A stretch of DNA of 55,223 nucleotides, counting the filler, from Sphacelaria rigidula (lineage: Eukaryota), in NCBI GenBank assembly GCA_964200075.2. It is 5 parts of 5 records of this genome, joined end to end, with 100 filler letters (N's around TTAATTAATTAA, not from the genome) between each part and the next. Parts side by side here need not be neighbours in the genome. Positions count along the whole stretch, not along the records: positions 22,131 to 33,095 come from CAXNAA020005617.1; positions 33,196 to 44,159 come from CAXNAA020005618.1; positions 44,260 to 55,223 come from CAXNAA020005619.1; 2 more parts are not named here. One strand, 5' to 3'. This document shows positions 33,050-45,778 of this stretch, piece by piece; positions within the stretch are counted from its first letter, which is position 1; the number at the start of each line of letters is the position of its first letter. The notes beneath the pieces are model-generated. The model was not told the origin of the DNA and searched no databases. It saw only the letters and a program-made list of their open reading frames with translations. Position numbers and translations under genes: made by a program.

Positions 33050-36000
33050 TACATATATATACATACATACATACATACATACATACATACATACANNNNN
33101 NNNNNNNNNNNNNNNNNNNNNNNNNNNNNNNNNNNNNNNTTAATTAATTAANNNNNNNNNNNNNNNNNNNNNNNNNNNNNNNNNNNNNNNNNNNNCGTAG
33201 AGCATGGCCCAGAGCACTTTGCTGAGTTCATCCTTGGTTTCCCCGCCCCTTTGAGCGATTCGGATGAAATCCTGCACCACCGCTTTATTGATTGAGAAGC
33301 CGTCGAACGCTATCGTCATTACCGCCGCGAAGATGTTGAACCGATCGGGGGAGAGTACGCAACCTTGGCGGAGGCCCTGGTTTACGTCAAACCACTCAGA
33401 TGTCTCGCCGCTGTCCAGGCGTACGCATGCCCGCATGCCGTCATGGAATTGGCGGGTGATGGAAAGTTTCTTGGCGGGTATACCGTAGGGTGCTCGAACC
33501 TTCCAGAAAAGAGAGCAGTCCACTGAGCCGTACGCTTTTTGGAGGTCGATGAAGCACATATACAGAGGTTCGTCTCTCGGGCCAGTTCTTGGAGTCTGCG
33601 TACAACGAACATCATGTCGACTGTGGAGCGGCCAGCTCGGAAACCGCATTGCGCTTCGGGGAGGATTCCCTTCCACTCGCAGAAGGCGCTGAGGCGAATC
33701 GCAACTATCTTGAGCACCACCGTGCCTGCGTGGGACCCGAGAGAAATACCGCGGTAGTTGTCGCATTCGTACGGGTCCTGTTGCTTGAAAAAGCAGCTCG
33801 ATGATAGTGTCTTTCCACTCTTGCGGTACAACTTCCTGACGCCACACGATGAGCACGATGTCGTGGAGACATGTCAGGATGGCAGAGTCTCCGGTGCGGC
33901 CGAGCTTCAACAGTTCGCCACAGATGTCCCAATGGTCTTACCGTTCGCCAGTTTGCGCACCGCTTGCTTCACTTCTGCCATCGAGGGCTCCGCCGAGAGC
34001 GGTGTGTGCTCTGGCAGCTGTTCGATGAGATCGATGACAGAGTGAACGATGGTAGGTGAGGTTGCGTTCAGCAGTGTGTCAAACCACTCCTTCCATCGTT
34101 GCAGGATTGCTTGCTCGTCCCGCAACAGCTCGCCAGTCGCGTTCCGGATGTAGCTTGAGTCGCTCTGCTTCTTCCCTTCCAGTTCCAAGGACTTGATATG
34201 CTGGTACAGTCCTGCTTGATCCTTATTGCGAACAAAGTCCGCGGTCCGGACTGAGAAATCGTGGACGAAGTTCTGCAGCTCAGCATCCTTCACCCGCTTA
34301 AACGCCTTGTCCGTTGCCTTCCGCGCCTTCTTCCGGACAATGTCTCTGGGGTTCGCTTGTTGTTTTTTCCATACACTTTCCCGGAGATCCAATGCCTTTT
34401 TGAGGCGGTCCTGAGCTTGAGATGACTCACTGAAACCTCTAGATGGGTTGTTCTTGGGGCATCTAGGGAGTGTATCCGCGGCCGTCTGTCGCAGGGCGTC
34501 GGCGAAGGTAGATGCCATGTGGTTGACGTCTATTACTGCGGGGGAATCAGTGGCATTCGGGAGCTTAACGACAAGAACCTGTGCGACAGTAGCTTTCCAG
34601 TTTCGGTCGGATGCGAGGGCTTGGCGGTCGAAACGCACTCCCCTATCCCCGCCTCTCGGTTGCGGTTGGCGGTTGGGGGCGGTCCGTGCAAGGAAACGGA
34701 TGGCGGCAGAGACCAGACGATGGTCCGATTTCATCTCGGGGTGCACCGTGATATTTCGGACGAGTCTGCGGTCTTGCTGACGTATAAGGATGGAGTCCAG
34801 GCGCCAGCGATGTTCGACCTTCGGCCCCGCATATGTGTACGCGGTCGAGCTTTCCCCGCGAATTGGTGTGCGAAAAAGTGTGTTGGTGACGGCCATTTTA
34901 TTTTTCGTGGCGCATTTCAGGAGGCGTCTACCATTATCGTTCCGGGTGTCTCTGCCATACCCTCCCAATACCCGAGCGTCGTCCATACCTCCTACTTCTC
35001 TCTTTCCGGTACGAGCATTGGCATCCATCATTAGTACTAGGTGCTCGTTGGTGGGCATTTCAGCGATGGAAGTTTTCCAGAACGTGGTCTTTTCAGAACC
35101 TAGTGCTGTCTCAGTAGGAGCATACCCTACAATGAAGGTTGTGGCAACTCTATGCCGGAAAGCTACTCGTACCTTCAGGATCCTGGCACTCACGTGTTCG
35201 GGAGCGATGGCATCTGGACCCAGTGTGTTGGCGATAGAATCCTTGATGGCAAGGCCGACTCCAAGCATTCCCAGTTTCGCCCCGTCTCCATGGCAGTGGC
35301 CGCTGCAGTGAACTGTGTAGCCTGCTGCCGGTGCATGGAAGGTTGTTTGTCCATCGCGAGGGGTTTCTTGGAGGGCGACGAAATGACAGTTGTCTTTGGA
35401 CGCAAAAAGCAGTAGGTCCTCTGCGTGACCTGTGCTGTTGGAACCTCTCTCGGCCATGGTGCGTACATTCCACGTGGCCACCACCAGCTCTTTGGATCGA
35501 GCCTCTGCCCTTGCGGCAGTACGATTGGCGTGAGCCTGAGCTTTGGCGTTTCGCCGAGCTGCTCTTCCCCTCCTGCTCTTCCTTCGTTTTTCTCTGCCCC
35601 TTTCTTTCTGGTGTCTGATCGAGCGTTTGTGTGCTTCAATTCTCCGTTTCCACGCACTCTTCTGCCTACGCTGGTGCATGCCTATCTGTTCCTGCGTGAG
35701 GTTCAGCGGACCTCGCGCACGTCGACCTCCATCAAGTCGACCTTCATGCTTACACGCACGCCGCTGTCTGCTCTTAAAGCTACGGCAACAATGCTTCCGG
35801 CGGTGGTGATGAGTAGTCGGATTAACGGCCCCTCCCGGCAGGGGTAGGGCGTGTTCCGATATCATCGCCATGTAGCAGTACATTTACGGGTGGTCAACAC
35901 CGTATGGTGTAGTCAGGGACGCTGCCGCAATGGGCATTCAAACCCACCCCACTGTGGTGCGTAGCAGTCAGATAGTAGGAGCTAATCTCCGCACAGGCCG

Positions 36001-36300
36001 AGTGTTGTACTCTTCCAGGGGTCTCTGCCTTAGCTGGCCTATACCCGGTGACGGCGGTTCGGGTCTACGACCGGGGAAAGGTACCAACTGTATCACGAGT
36101 GATAACCACCGTATGGCTTGCACGAGCAGGAATACGTGGGATGATAAGTAACTCAGCTGCCGCACGGGCATGGTACGAAGTAGATTGACGGTAGATGTCA
36201 CAAGTTCTCCGTACTGCCCAAATTGCTGCGTCTTTCCTTGGGTCGCTGCCGTCAGCCAGCCCAACCCGGCCTCAGCGCTCGGGCCGAGGCCGGAGGGAAA
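33050..36300 (-). mobile_element. RTE-like LINE (APE endonuclease + RT), frameshifted, 3' part lost in the gap
   Basis: ORF 33907..35883 has EEP motifs VATWNVRT, ALQET, YAPT, MDANA, LDSIL and SDH. RT motifs CDNYRGISL, QCGFR, FIDLQKAY, GLRQGCVLSP and AMLY lie in 33196-33830. The (GTAT)n at 33050-33095 may be its 3' tail, but it is across the gap. Confidence 0.92.
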
Positions 36301-36707
36301 AGCTAAAGTAAATAAAGGGAAAAGAAAAAAATAGAGAGAAAAATGAGTAAATAAGAATATAAAATACAATAACGGGATGAGCAAAAAAAATAGGAAATAA
36401 GAAGAAAAAAATCGAATGAGAAATAAATGAGAAAGCGGGGAGAAAAGAAAATGAGATGTATTAAATATGATGAAAAACAGTAAAAACAGTGAATACATAA
36501 TATATTCATAAATTGAAAACCGAGGCCCACTCTCCCATGCCTTTTTGAGGTTGATAGAGTTTACTATGGTATCCAGCCATCTTCGAAGGAGCAAGCTGCC
36601 TTGAGAACATTGTGCTCAAAAATGAGCCTACTCTATCCTATACCACATCCTCTACCTGGTTTCGAAAACCGATCACATTCCCAATTATTTCGAATTCTGT
36701 ACACACT

Positions 36708-37066
36708 GTGTTGTCCCCTTATCTATTGTGGGTGCCAGAGTACACCTTTCGGTAGATGTGGGCGCATCAGCCGGGGATGCACACGAGGAAGGCCAACACA
36801 GAAGCTTCTTGTATTTTCTCTTGTTTTAGTACTCCACCTTCGATCTGCAGTGCTTGCCTTATTTGTTTCTTGCGAGAGGGGTTCAGTGATCCCCTCCCGT
36901 CGTCGACCGTGAAGTCGACTTGTGTGTACCCACAACACAGTCGCTCTCCACTGTTCGGCATGGCGTGTGAAAAAATCCCAGATCGTGTGACTTCACCAAG
37001 ATTCCAACTCACGACCCAATTGTCAAAAGTTTCCACGATATCAACTGATCCACCGGGACGACCGGC
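36708..37066 (-). mobile_element. tRNA-derived SINE, copy 2
   Basis: Collinear with 1938-2289 (TACACCTTTC.G..ATGTGGGCGCA.CAGCCGGGG, GAGGAAGGCCAACAC, AGTCGCTCTCCACTG, AAAAATCCCAGAT). The head is more degenerate. Confidence 0.75.
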
Positions 37067-37105
37067 GGACCACCGTTGTGCCCGTAGTCTAATCATGAGT
37101 CCCTT

Positions 37106-38233
37106 CACACGCGGCCATTCGGCTAGCCTCGAAAATCCTTCGTGTGGTGGATTTTTCAAACGTGTCTCAACATGCCGTCCGTCTCGAAAACTCCCCACTA
37201 GAGGATCTTAGGCATTCGCAATTCTCTTGTAGGTCTTCAATAGTGGGGTCTATCTCGAGGGTTCGCGTCAATATCGATTTTCTCTGGATTGTTTCTGAAG
37301 GCACTCGTGCTGTAGAAATCCCGTCATTGTTACAGCATATATTGGATTCGAACAGCAGAGGTTGATCGAAATAAACCCTCGTTTTGCCCGCCAATTCATC
37401 CTGGAATTGGGCGAAAGGAGGACTTGCGAGCAGGCTCTGCTGCTCAAATCCGACATACTGTACCGTCGTCAACCCATGAGAGTCGAACGGTAGAGATTGT
37501 CCAAAAACCGCCGCATTGCCCCCAATTCATATCAATAGGGCAAAACGAGGTTTTCAACAGCCGATGCTGTACAATCCCAGATACTTTATTTGATTGATTG
37601 ATTGATTGTCGCACTTCAAGTGACCCCCTGAGGATCCAGCCGTGGTCACATGATAGACGTACCCAAGACAAAACAAAATTGAAACACTCGCTAAAAAAAG
37701 TCGAACAGAACGACATAGACTACGACGTAAAAAGCAAAACAATGAATGAAAAGTCAAGAAGAGAAAAGTACCGAAATAAATGGCCAGTCTAGAACAAAAC
37801 AAAATGGAAAAGAGAAGAAAAATGAAAAACAAATGAAAAGGCCAATAAAAGAAAGAAAGGGAAAGGCCCAAGGGATTCAGTGCAGCAGAGTAGATACAGA
37901 AACACACCAGTGGGCACCGCAGAGCCACCGACTAAGGACATATTCAACAACCGATACGAGCAGACACAGGTATCGTCCAGAAGCTTGGTGTAGTGCGAAC
38001 TCCAGAGGTAAATTTACGCAACGGAGAGGATCACGTTTCCAAGTTTCACCTGAGGCACCCTCGGTAAAATAACGAGCTCTAGCGGATCATGTGCCGTCTG
38101 ACGGCTTCGTGTACTGTCCGAAGAGGCATTATGACCCACTAGAGGGTATTTCGGCCCCCAGAGGGCCATTTGCCTTCTAGAGGAGAAAAACGAGATAGTG
38201 GGATTGCGAGAAGGAGCCGATGGCCCGCGTGTG
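37106..38233. mobile_element. Larger member of the CACACGC-TIR family, containing a retroposon 3' fragment (37585-37990, - strand)
   Basis: TT|CACACGCGGCCATTCGGCT ... AGCCGATGGCCCGCGTGTG|TT: the same termini as 31275-31605 with its own 2-bp duplication. Confidence 0.65.
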
Positions 38234-40879
38234 TTCTGCAATCACCAATTTGCACGAAGCTTAGATGTAAGTTGTGTGCATGTGTTTGTAAGTTTTGTCC
38301 GAGGTTGACGCAGGGGATGGTCTTCGTTGGGGAATGTCTCGACCCACGATCATCAAATGAAAGCCGAACCAACCCACAGCAGCATGCAGGTGTTTCCAAC
38401 AAGTACGTGTTCAGTACGTGTTTGAGGGGTGACGTGCATTGTACACACGATTTGAGAGGGGAAAGGCACAAGGATGAACACGTAATCTGAAGGGGAAAAA
38501 ACGGCCTCCCGGGGGGAGGAGGGGAGCACGTAAGATCGACTCTTATGGGAGCCGTTCAAATTTTACTTTTCGAATTTTTCAACAGGTGGTAACAGTAACC
38601 ACTTTTATGGAACAAAATCGTGATGGACTTGAACAAAAATGACCCCCAAAATTCCGAACAGACCCTAGACTTCGGCCAAGCGCCCAGAATCGGGAGACAA
38701 TTCTAAACGCTTGAGGACCTGTTGAAAATTTGGCATAATAAGTAGAACGGGATATGTCATGTTTTACTGTACTACAGCACACAAAGACGGCTCTCTCATG
38801 TACTGCACCTGTCACTGCACAGTCGTGTGTTTAGACATTGCGAAAACTGGTGGTTCCTGCTGGAACTATCTGAGCTGCTGTACTGCTATCGTGTTTCGAC
38901 CAAGTGCAGTCGGCAGGCAGTGCTGTCTTGTCGACGTTGAAAATGCCCTACAGCATGTGTTTGTTGGATATCGTGTCTTCCGCAACGAACAAGGTCCTTG
39001 GTGCGCAGACCTGGCATCCTTGATCTGTAGCTGACAGGTAGTGTGATGCCTGGCAAAGACGGTTTGATCTTCACTGAGGATTACCTGAATTGCTGTACTG
39101 TTGTTGTGTCCCGGCGGGTCAGCGGTACACAAATCAAGACGCTGCCGCAAGCGCCACCAGCATGGTGTGTTGGATGCGTCGTGGCGTTTGCGAAACCAAC
39201 AATGCAATTATTGCCCACGTACATCATCTATATGCTGTAGTTGTCGTTGTACTGACTGTAGTGCGTTTGAATCCCACGAGCACGGTTTGATCTACGCTGG
39301 AGAGTGCCTGAGATGCTGAGCTGCCGCTGGTCCGGTCTGTACAGATGAATGGGAACAAGATGCTGTAGACACCAAGTTGGAAAGGTCACGTGGCAAGCGG
39401 TGCTGTTGTCATGTCTTCTTTGGGTGCTGTTATAGGTGCACACCTCCTAGGTCATGCCAACTTGAGTATATACGTACAACCAAGGATCTATCGGAAGAAG
39501 ATTTTCGGACACGCAGAAATTCCCCCCACCCACCCACCCACCCACCCCTCCCGGAGGACAGTATTTTGAAAATTGTCGAATGTTTGTTCTTATTTGTTAA
39601 CTATTGTTGAAGAAATCGATCGAGCAACACTGACAAAAGCCAAAATGTCTATGGGCTTTGCGAGGTTTGCATATTTGCTTCTGCTCCTTGCCCGCTCTAT
39701 CTCGATGACTTCGGATGCCTGCCAACGCTAACACACACATGTATGCCGACGAGCGCACATTTAATGCGATGCGAAAGACAGGATGACCAGGCGATGCCAT
39801 AACTTCCTCCATTACACGCCCAATTGTGTCCCGCTTGCTGCGCGCAGACTTCCTGCTGACGTATCGAGGTCATGAATGGCCGTACAACGCCTTAAAAGTT
39901 GTCTTACCCCTCAAACGTTTTGTTGTTACGCATGCCTTAATACACGTACGGCTTGCCTCATTTGTGAGGGCCTGGCGTAGAGTTCGAAGCGGTGAGTGGT
40001 CATGGAGCAAACCGTGATGAACCATTCGCCTTGCTTCTACGACACTTATAGGTGTGCCTAAGGGTGTTATTTTTTTCGCCGATCTGATAGGTCCACCGCA
40101 TCCATATTCCTAAAAGTTTTTAACTCAAAATTATAATACATGGCGCGGGAGGAAAATTATTTGAGACAAAAAAAATAGTTTTCGATCCAAAACATGCGGT
40201 CGAAAGGCACAAAGCAGCACTTGCTTCCTATCTTGAAGACGACCACTCCAGATAACACTCGTTTACAGAACCATGCAAACTCCATCCAACTCACTCTCAG
40301 CTGACACCGCAACCCTGCAGCATAGAGCACAAGTTGAGCACAGGGGTAGGAACACTGCAGCAGTTGGGTGTACTTTGTTTATTCTTTCTTGGCGAAAACT
40401 TGCCCATCTTCTTTCATGATAGGGATCAACAACGGAACTGGGTGGTACCGTGGGCAACCGAGTTGCGTACACTCTCGTGGACAGTGCAGGCAGTGCCAAG
40501 CTACACATTGTTGAAGCCCTTTTCAAGTCGCATTGTAAGCAGGGAGGACCAATAGTCCTGGGCTGTCTGCAATGCACGTTGCCCACTTCTCGTTCAAATC
40601 ATACTGTACGAAACACGCACACACGCACTCAAGACACAATGCTTGCAAGCAGTGCGGACAGTACACACTGTCTGTACTGTACACGAGTGACCATGCGCCG
40701 TTTCGCGAATTTCACCGTCTTTATTCGATCGAAAGCTTGAAAATTCGCTTGGACTACTCGAGAAAAATGAGCAATTTTTGCTCATATCAATTCCACCGCC
40801 CCATTTTTTCGATCGGAAAAAATGTGCTAAGGGCATGTCTTAGCATTTCAGTTTTCGATCGACATTGTGCGGTGGAAAG

Positions 40880-40967
40880 CGAAACCCCTGACCTGATATG
40901 TCGTGATTTCAACCACCGTCGCTTTCTGAAGGTGTTCGAAATCACGACATATCAGATCGGGGTTTCG
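40880..40967. repeat. Compact hairpin, ~37-bp arms and ~13-nt loop
   Basis: CGAAACCCCTGACCTGATATGTCGTGATTTCAACCACC pairs with GGTGTTCGAAATCACGACATATCAGATCGGGGTTTCG. Confidence 0.85.
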
Positions 40968-41414
40968 ACCATCTTCAAAATGAACGATGGTTGAAGTCAC
41001 GACCTATTAGGTCGCTCCTTAAAATAGACAAGAATAAAAATATGGAAAAGTGTTTTTTGGAGCTTTCACGTCATTTTACGCCCCAAAAGAGAGCTAGGTG
41101 GAGTTCAACACCTTGGAATGACTTGCTCTACTAGTTGAGGCGGTTCCAGGACATCTTCCCGTCTCCCGGTGGCCAAAGTTTTCATTTTGGCCAAACACGA
41201 TTTTTTTCCAAGAACGGTAAAAAACAGTCAAGTCAAGAGAAACGTGGCATTTTGACCGAAACCATGATGTTTCGGTGATGTGGAGCTTCGGCGTCGTCTA
41301 ATTTCCACTCATGATACGTGCGAAAGACCCACGGAGCCTCGTGACGATTATCTTTTGTACAAAAAATTAAATCATCCTCACACTTGGCAGTTCCGTAGGT
41401 ACTGACGCTCCATA

Positions 41415-41690
41415 CGAGCTGGGCCAGCCAAGAGTAGATGTGAATCTCGCTCAGGCGACGCACGGGGAGATATTAGGAGTTGAACGCTGAAATTTCGACA
41501 GCAGCTTTTCATGATCGAAATGCAGAAGATCACGCGACCAGCAAAAAAAAAAAGAAGTTACGGGATTTGAAACTTCAGCAAAAACAAGATGATGCCAGAA
41601 GTCCAGAAAAAAAAAGAGAACCTGCAGCTGGGCACGTGAAGTATCAGTTCTTTGGGTGCAAAAAGTCCTGAAATTTCAGCTCAAGACTCG
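41415..41690. mobile_element. Terminal fragment of the CGAGCTGGGCCAGC-TIR family
   Basis: TA|CGAGCTGGGCCAGCC. The internal GATTTGAAACTTCAGCAAAAA matches the reverse complement of 45366-45387. Confidence 0.55.
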
Positions 41691-42295
41691 TCGAATTGGG
41701 CCGTACGGTCAACATTTTCCGTGACGCTGCTGCACCCCTATAAATCAAGTGATGGAAGACTCCAAATATGGAGGTAATGAATTCGAATCCCGACATATAT
41801 ATATATATTTATCGTCCGCCATTAAGGTCATATATTATACAGTACATTTTTTCTTCACTTTTTTTTTTCATTCAGCGGCGGTGCCGTGTGTCACCAGGTT
41901 GGTCTACACTTCACAGTGATACGCTTACATCGTGTTCATTCGGGAAACTGGGAAAGCCGTGGTGTGAGCAAGTTTTGGCAGCTTTTAAGCTGCTGACCCA
42001 GCGCGTACGGAAAAATTGTATTCGTGGCAAGATTTGAAAGTTTCTCCGTTCTCTACCGGCTTCCGGGGGTCCCAGCATACAGACCCCCCGGAAGCCGGTA
42101 CAGAATGCCTCAAAACCGAACGTTTGACATTTCAGGGTTAGGTGGTATCCCAAGGAACATGTGTACCAATTCTCATTGCTCAACTCGAGAAACTGAATCG
42201 GCTGAGTCTTGTACCGTAAAAACAACCCTCAAAAAGGGCGATTCTGTACTTTAACCAAGTAACTAGGGGGGCACGCAGACTTTAGCGCACGTTTT

Positions 42296-42583
42296 GGCAT
42301 TTCCTCATGCCGTTTTACCGCGTTAGACCACGAAAATGTGCACACATCTTCTGGAGGGCACTATCTAAAGGACGAAGACCGTTTTTTTTCTTCAATTTTT
42401 CGTGCCGGTGGCTTTTTATCCAAGGTCGCAGTTGACATACTTGACCGGGGGGGGGTCAGATCCCGACTATCTCGACACCAAAACTCCCCCAAAAAAACGG
42501 TCTTCGAGGTGAAGATAGTGCCCTCGAGAACATATGTGCAAATTTTTGTGGTCTAACTCGAAAAAACAGCGTGAGGAAATGCC
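42296..42583. repeat. Foldback/MITE with ~95-bp imperfect arms
   Basis: GGCATTTCCTCA...TTAGACCAC...GAGGGCACTATCT...CGAAGACCGTTTTTTT is mirrored by AAAAAAACGGTCTTCG...AGATAGTGCCCTC...GTGGTCTAA...TGAGGAAATGCC. Confidence 0.85.
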
Positions 42584-42633
42584 GGGGAATAAATTTTGGG
42601 TATTCAATCTGAACCAACTTGTACGACGAAGAT

Positions 42634-43320
42634 CAGCAGGAGGAGGGGTATCGGCACCAGCTGATTCAGACCCACCCCCAGCCGTACACATCTACTGGCA
42701 GTAACGATGCTGCTGCTGCTTCTCGTGCCGGAGGCGGTCCGCGTTACGACCTGCGACGATGCGCATGCACCTGGCGGGTTACTGCCTCCTCCCTACTTGA
42801 AATCGAATGTGATCTGTTCGCGTTGTTACCCCCAGGACATTTTCAGTACGTCTCACTTTCCCCTGTATTGGACGCTGACTTTATTCCAATCACCAGCAGA
42901 AGCCACGCGTGCCAGACACCCCCGACGTGCACAGCTCCGGCAGAGAGGTACGCACAGCTATACCTCCCAACACTTAACCAAGTGAGGAAGCATGGACCCA
43001 TCGGTGGGTAGTGCGGACCAGCGCTTTCCAGCCCGGTGGCTATCACGCGCAAGGTGCGTGGGCGTTGTAGCACGACCGAAACGCGGACCGTCTCCCCCAC
43101 GAGGGACAACAGCGACAGCAGCAGCAGCAGCAGTATCGAACCGGCTGATTCAGACCCACCCCAGCCGATAAACATCTACTGGCAGAAAAGATGCTGCTGC
43201 TGCTGCTATTGCTCTCCTTCTCGTGCGGAAGGCGATCCGCGTTTCGACCTGCGACAATGCCCATACACCCGTGCGCGTGATTGCCGCCCTGCTTGAAGTC
43301 GCTGGTCTGTTCGCGTGCTG
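42634..43320 (+). repeat. Diverged direct duplication (42634-42825 and 43125-43320)
   Basis: GCTGATTCAGACCCACCCC.AGCCG...ACATCTACTGGCAG...GATGCTGCTGCTGC...TCTCGTGC...CCGCGTT.CGACCTGCGAC occurs twice. Confidence 0.8.
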
Positions 43321-44625
43321 TTACTTGTCACTGCGTCACTTGTTTTTTACCCTCAATTAGAACAGCACGTGATTTCTCGTGATGAAGCTGTGAATCGTCA
43401 CTTCACTGTCACTATCACGAAATGATCATCACTTTCCTTGTTTCGTCGAAACACCGCCTTAGCGACGGCGTCTGACATCTTCTTAGTGTGACCAAGACGA
43501 TAGACGCCATTCGCCAACACATGAGTAGAGTACTTCGCATGCTACGTGCGTAACTGCGACTGCTGGGACGACGAGACATGAGCTACGACACAAGACGGGG
43601 CTAACAGCGTCTAACTGTCTGCTACCTTGCGTTTGCCTCTGTTTCCCCGGCCCTTTCATTTTTCTTTGTATCCCTTTGACCGCCAGTAGAGGTCACCTGG
43701 TGAATAGGCATCAATTCACTTCAAAGTATGCGTGATCCAGATGGACTACCCGCATCGCGGTCCAGGGATCAACCATGATTTCCCTTGTTGTTCCTCACAT
43801 ATTGTATACCACTGCGTCGTTTCTCGTTCACGCTTGCGATACGCTAGAAGGCCAGCGACAGCCATGTTGGGGTTCTGATTTAAAAACGCAGTTCGCTTTT
43901 TCTCGATGTGGAATTTGGATTTATGTCGTTCTCTCCCGATGACATGAGGCGCATCTTTCCCCACGAACCCGGATAAGCCGAAAAAGTTGGTCTGTTCGTG
44001 TCTGTTCGTGGATTTTGTCGGTAGGCCTTAGCTCCGTAAGCCCGTTTTTGTTTCAAACTAAGCTCCTTTTTTTTCTTCACACTCTTCCCCCTTGAAATAG
44101 ACGAGGAAGAACATCTGGAGATATACGGGTGGTTGGGAGAGGGGATAGGGATGAAAACANNNNNNNNNNNNNNNNNNNNNNNNNNNNNNNNNNNNNNNNN
44201 NNNTTAATTAATTAANNNNNNNNNNNNNNNNNNNNNNNNNNNNNNNNNNNNNNNNNNNNATCAAAATCTAAACGACAACCTATGTGCTACCTAAAGGAGG
44301 GGGGGTTTGGACGGCGAACTCATTTGTTGCTTGCCTTAGTCGTTTGACCATTGACCACGCATCCCTTCCGAGACGGAGCACTAAGCGGGGGGAGAATCAT
44401 TCCCCTGCAGGTGCGATGTCTACAGCAGTCACCAGTACAGAACCCTTCGAGAACACATAGGGGAGCGGAAATCATTCAAACGCAATTCATCATATCCGGA
44501 CGTACTATGGTACTCTCCACGAATTGCGTGCCGTTGGAACATAACATCCGGGGGCTTGCAGATTATGACACACTGTTCATCGGAAGTGGTATCTTTGCGT
44601 GTGTTCGACGTGAATTTTCACGGTA

Positions 44626-45537
44626 CGAGCTGGGCCAGCCATGAAACGTACCAGTGCACGTCACAGAACAACTACTCAAGTTTGCCGAATCAGCCCGATT
44701 TAAGCATATCGCTGTGAACTGCGGACCAACCTGGTTATTCACGACCCACCGCTAAACAAATTGGAGAAGCATGTACTGCATAATATATGACCTTTACGAC
44801 GAAACCAGATTCTGCGAAAAGAGAGGATCTGTCGGGATTCGAACTCGTGATCTCCATAACTGGAGTCTCCTGTATCACTTGGATAACAGGGGCGCAGCGA
44901 TTGCGCCGCGTCCCGGTGGTGTAATGGTCCGACTGTCGCCATTAGGGTGGAGAGAACGAGGGTTCGATTCCCGATGCGTTGGGTTTTTTCTTCGTAATAT
45001 CTTGTTTCCACCGTGGGAAGCGTGAGAACGTGAGTAAACAAAGTAGTCGACTGAGTTTGTTTGACGTGATTTGACGCGGTGCGGGGCTGCTGATCCAATC
45101 CTCCGCGAGACCAAATGCAAGGCGTGTACCGGGGAGAGATGGATTGATCTCTTGAGACCACGGACTCATCCCGAGGAAGGGGAGGGGTTCAAAGTGCGAC
45201 AAAAAAAAAAGAAAAGAAGCGGTGTCGCACAGAAAATGCCAGGCTGGGCCGAAATTTTGAAGGTTTTGGCCGAAATTTTATCAGAATTTCCTGCACGAAA
45301 GTACGTACAACATTTCTGGGGGTGCCGCCGTTTTTTTTTTTTACCTACTTATGACACTTTTTCAGTTTTTGCTGGAATTTCAAATCTCTCTTTCTGTTTT
45401 TTTTTCTTCTCGGCATCCCAAGAAATGTTGCGCGTGTTGATGAAAATGTCGGCTCAAAATTTCAACGCCTACCTCTTCAAATTTAGCACCGCCTGACCCG
45501 AAAATATTCCAGAATTTCTGTCAGCTGGCCCAGCTCG
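44626..45537. mobile_element. CGAGCTGGGCCAGC-TIR element enclosing two divergent tRNA-derived SINE heads
   Basis: 14-bp perfect TIR pair at 44626 and 45524-45537. Inside are a minus-strand head (~44825-44899, B box GAGTTCGAATCCC) and a plus-strand head (~44907-44978, A box TGGTGTAATGG, B box GGTTCGATTCC). Confidence 0.6.
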
Positions 45538-45778
45538 AATTGCTAGTTCTTCCCCGTGCCTCTCATGAAACCACGTAAGGGATACTGTAACGGACAGCAT
45601 GTGCTAGTTCACTCGTCAGTATTGTCTCCGGTGGGCCGCGGTTCAGTTGTCTGTCATACTTTCTTGGTCACTTGGATCTGATATTCATGCACGTGCCCAT
45701 GTGTGCCCACGTATGTCCTCCAACTATGCCCACCTCTTGCCATTGGACGATGACCACCAACAACGCGGAAGAACGCAG

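Noticed and set aside
35968..36594. Membrane protein ORF (208 aa, Phe/Leu/Ile-rich)
   Set aside because: The hydrophobicity comes from a T-rich low-complexity tract that runs into the LINE 5' leader. Similar T-rich ORFs at 2327-2939 and 37554-37928 are rejected for the same reason.
39848..44622. Additional upstream exons of gene 2 (39848-39991, 40423-40534, 41876-?, 44562-44622)
   Set aside because: Each has plausible splice sites and an open frame, but I could not chain them with consistent phases or recognise the peptides, and an assembly gap intervenes. Needs RNA-seq.
44907..44978. Functional tRNA gene
   Set aside because: A and B boxes are present, but the T-stem and anticodon arm do not pair properly and a repeat body follows. 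Treated as a SINE head, as is 2205-2289.
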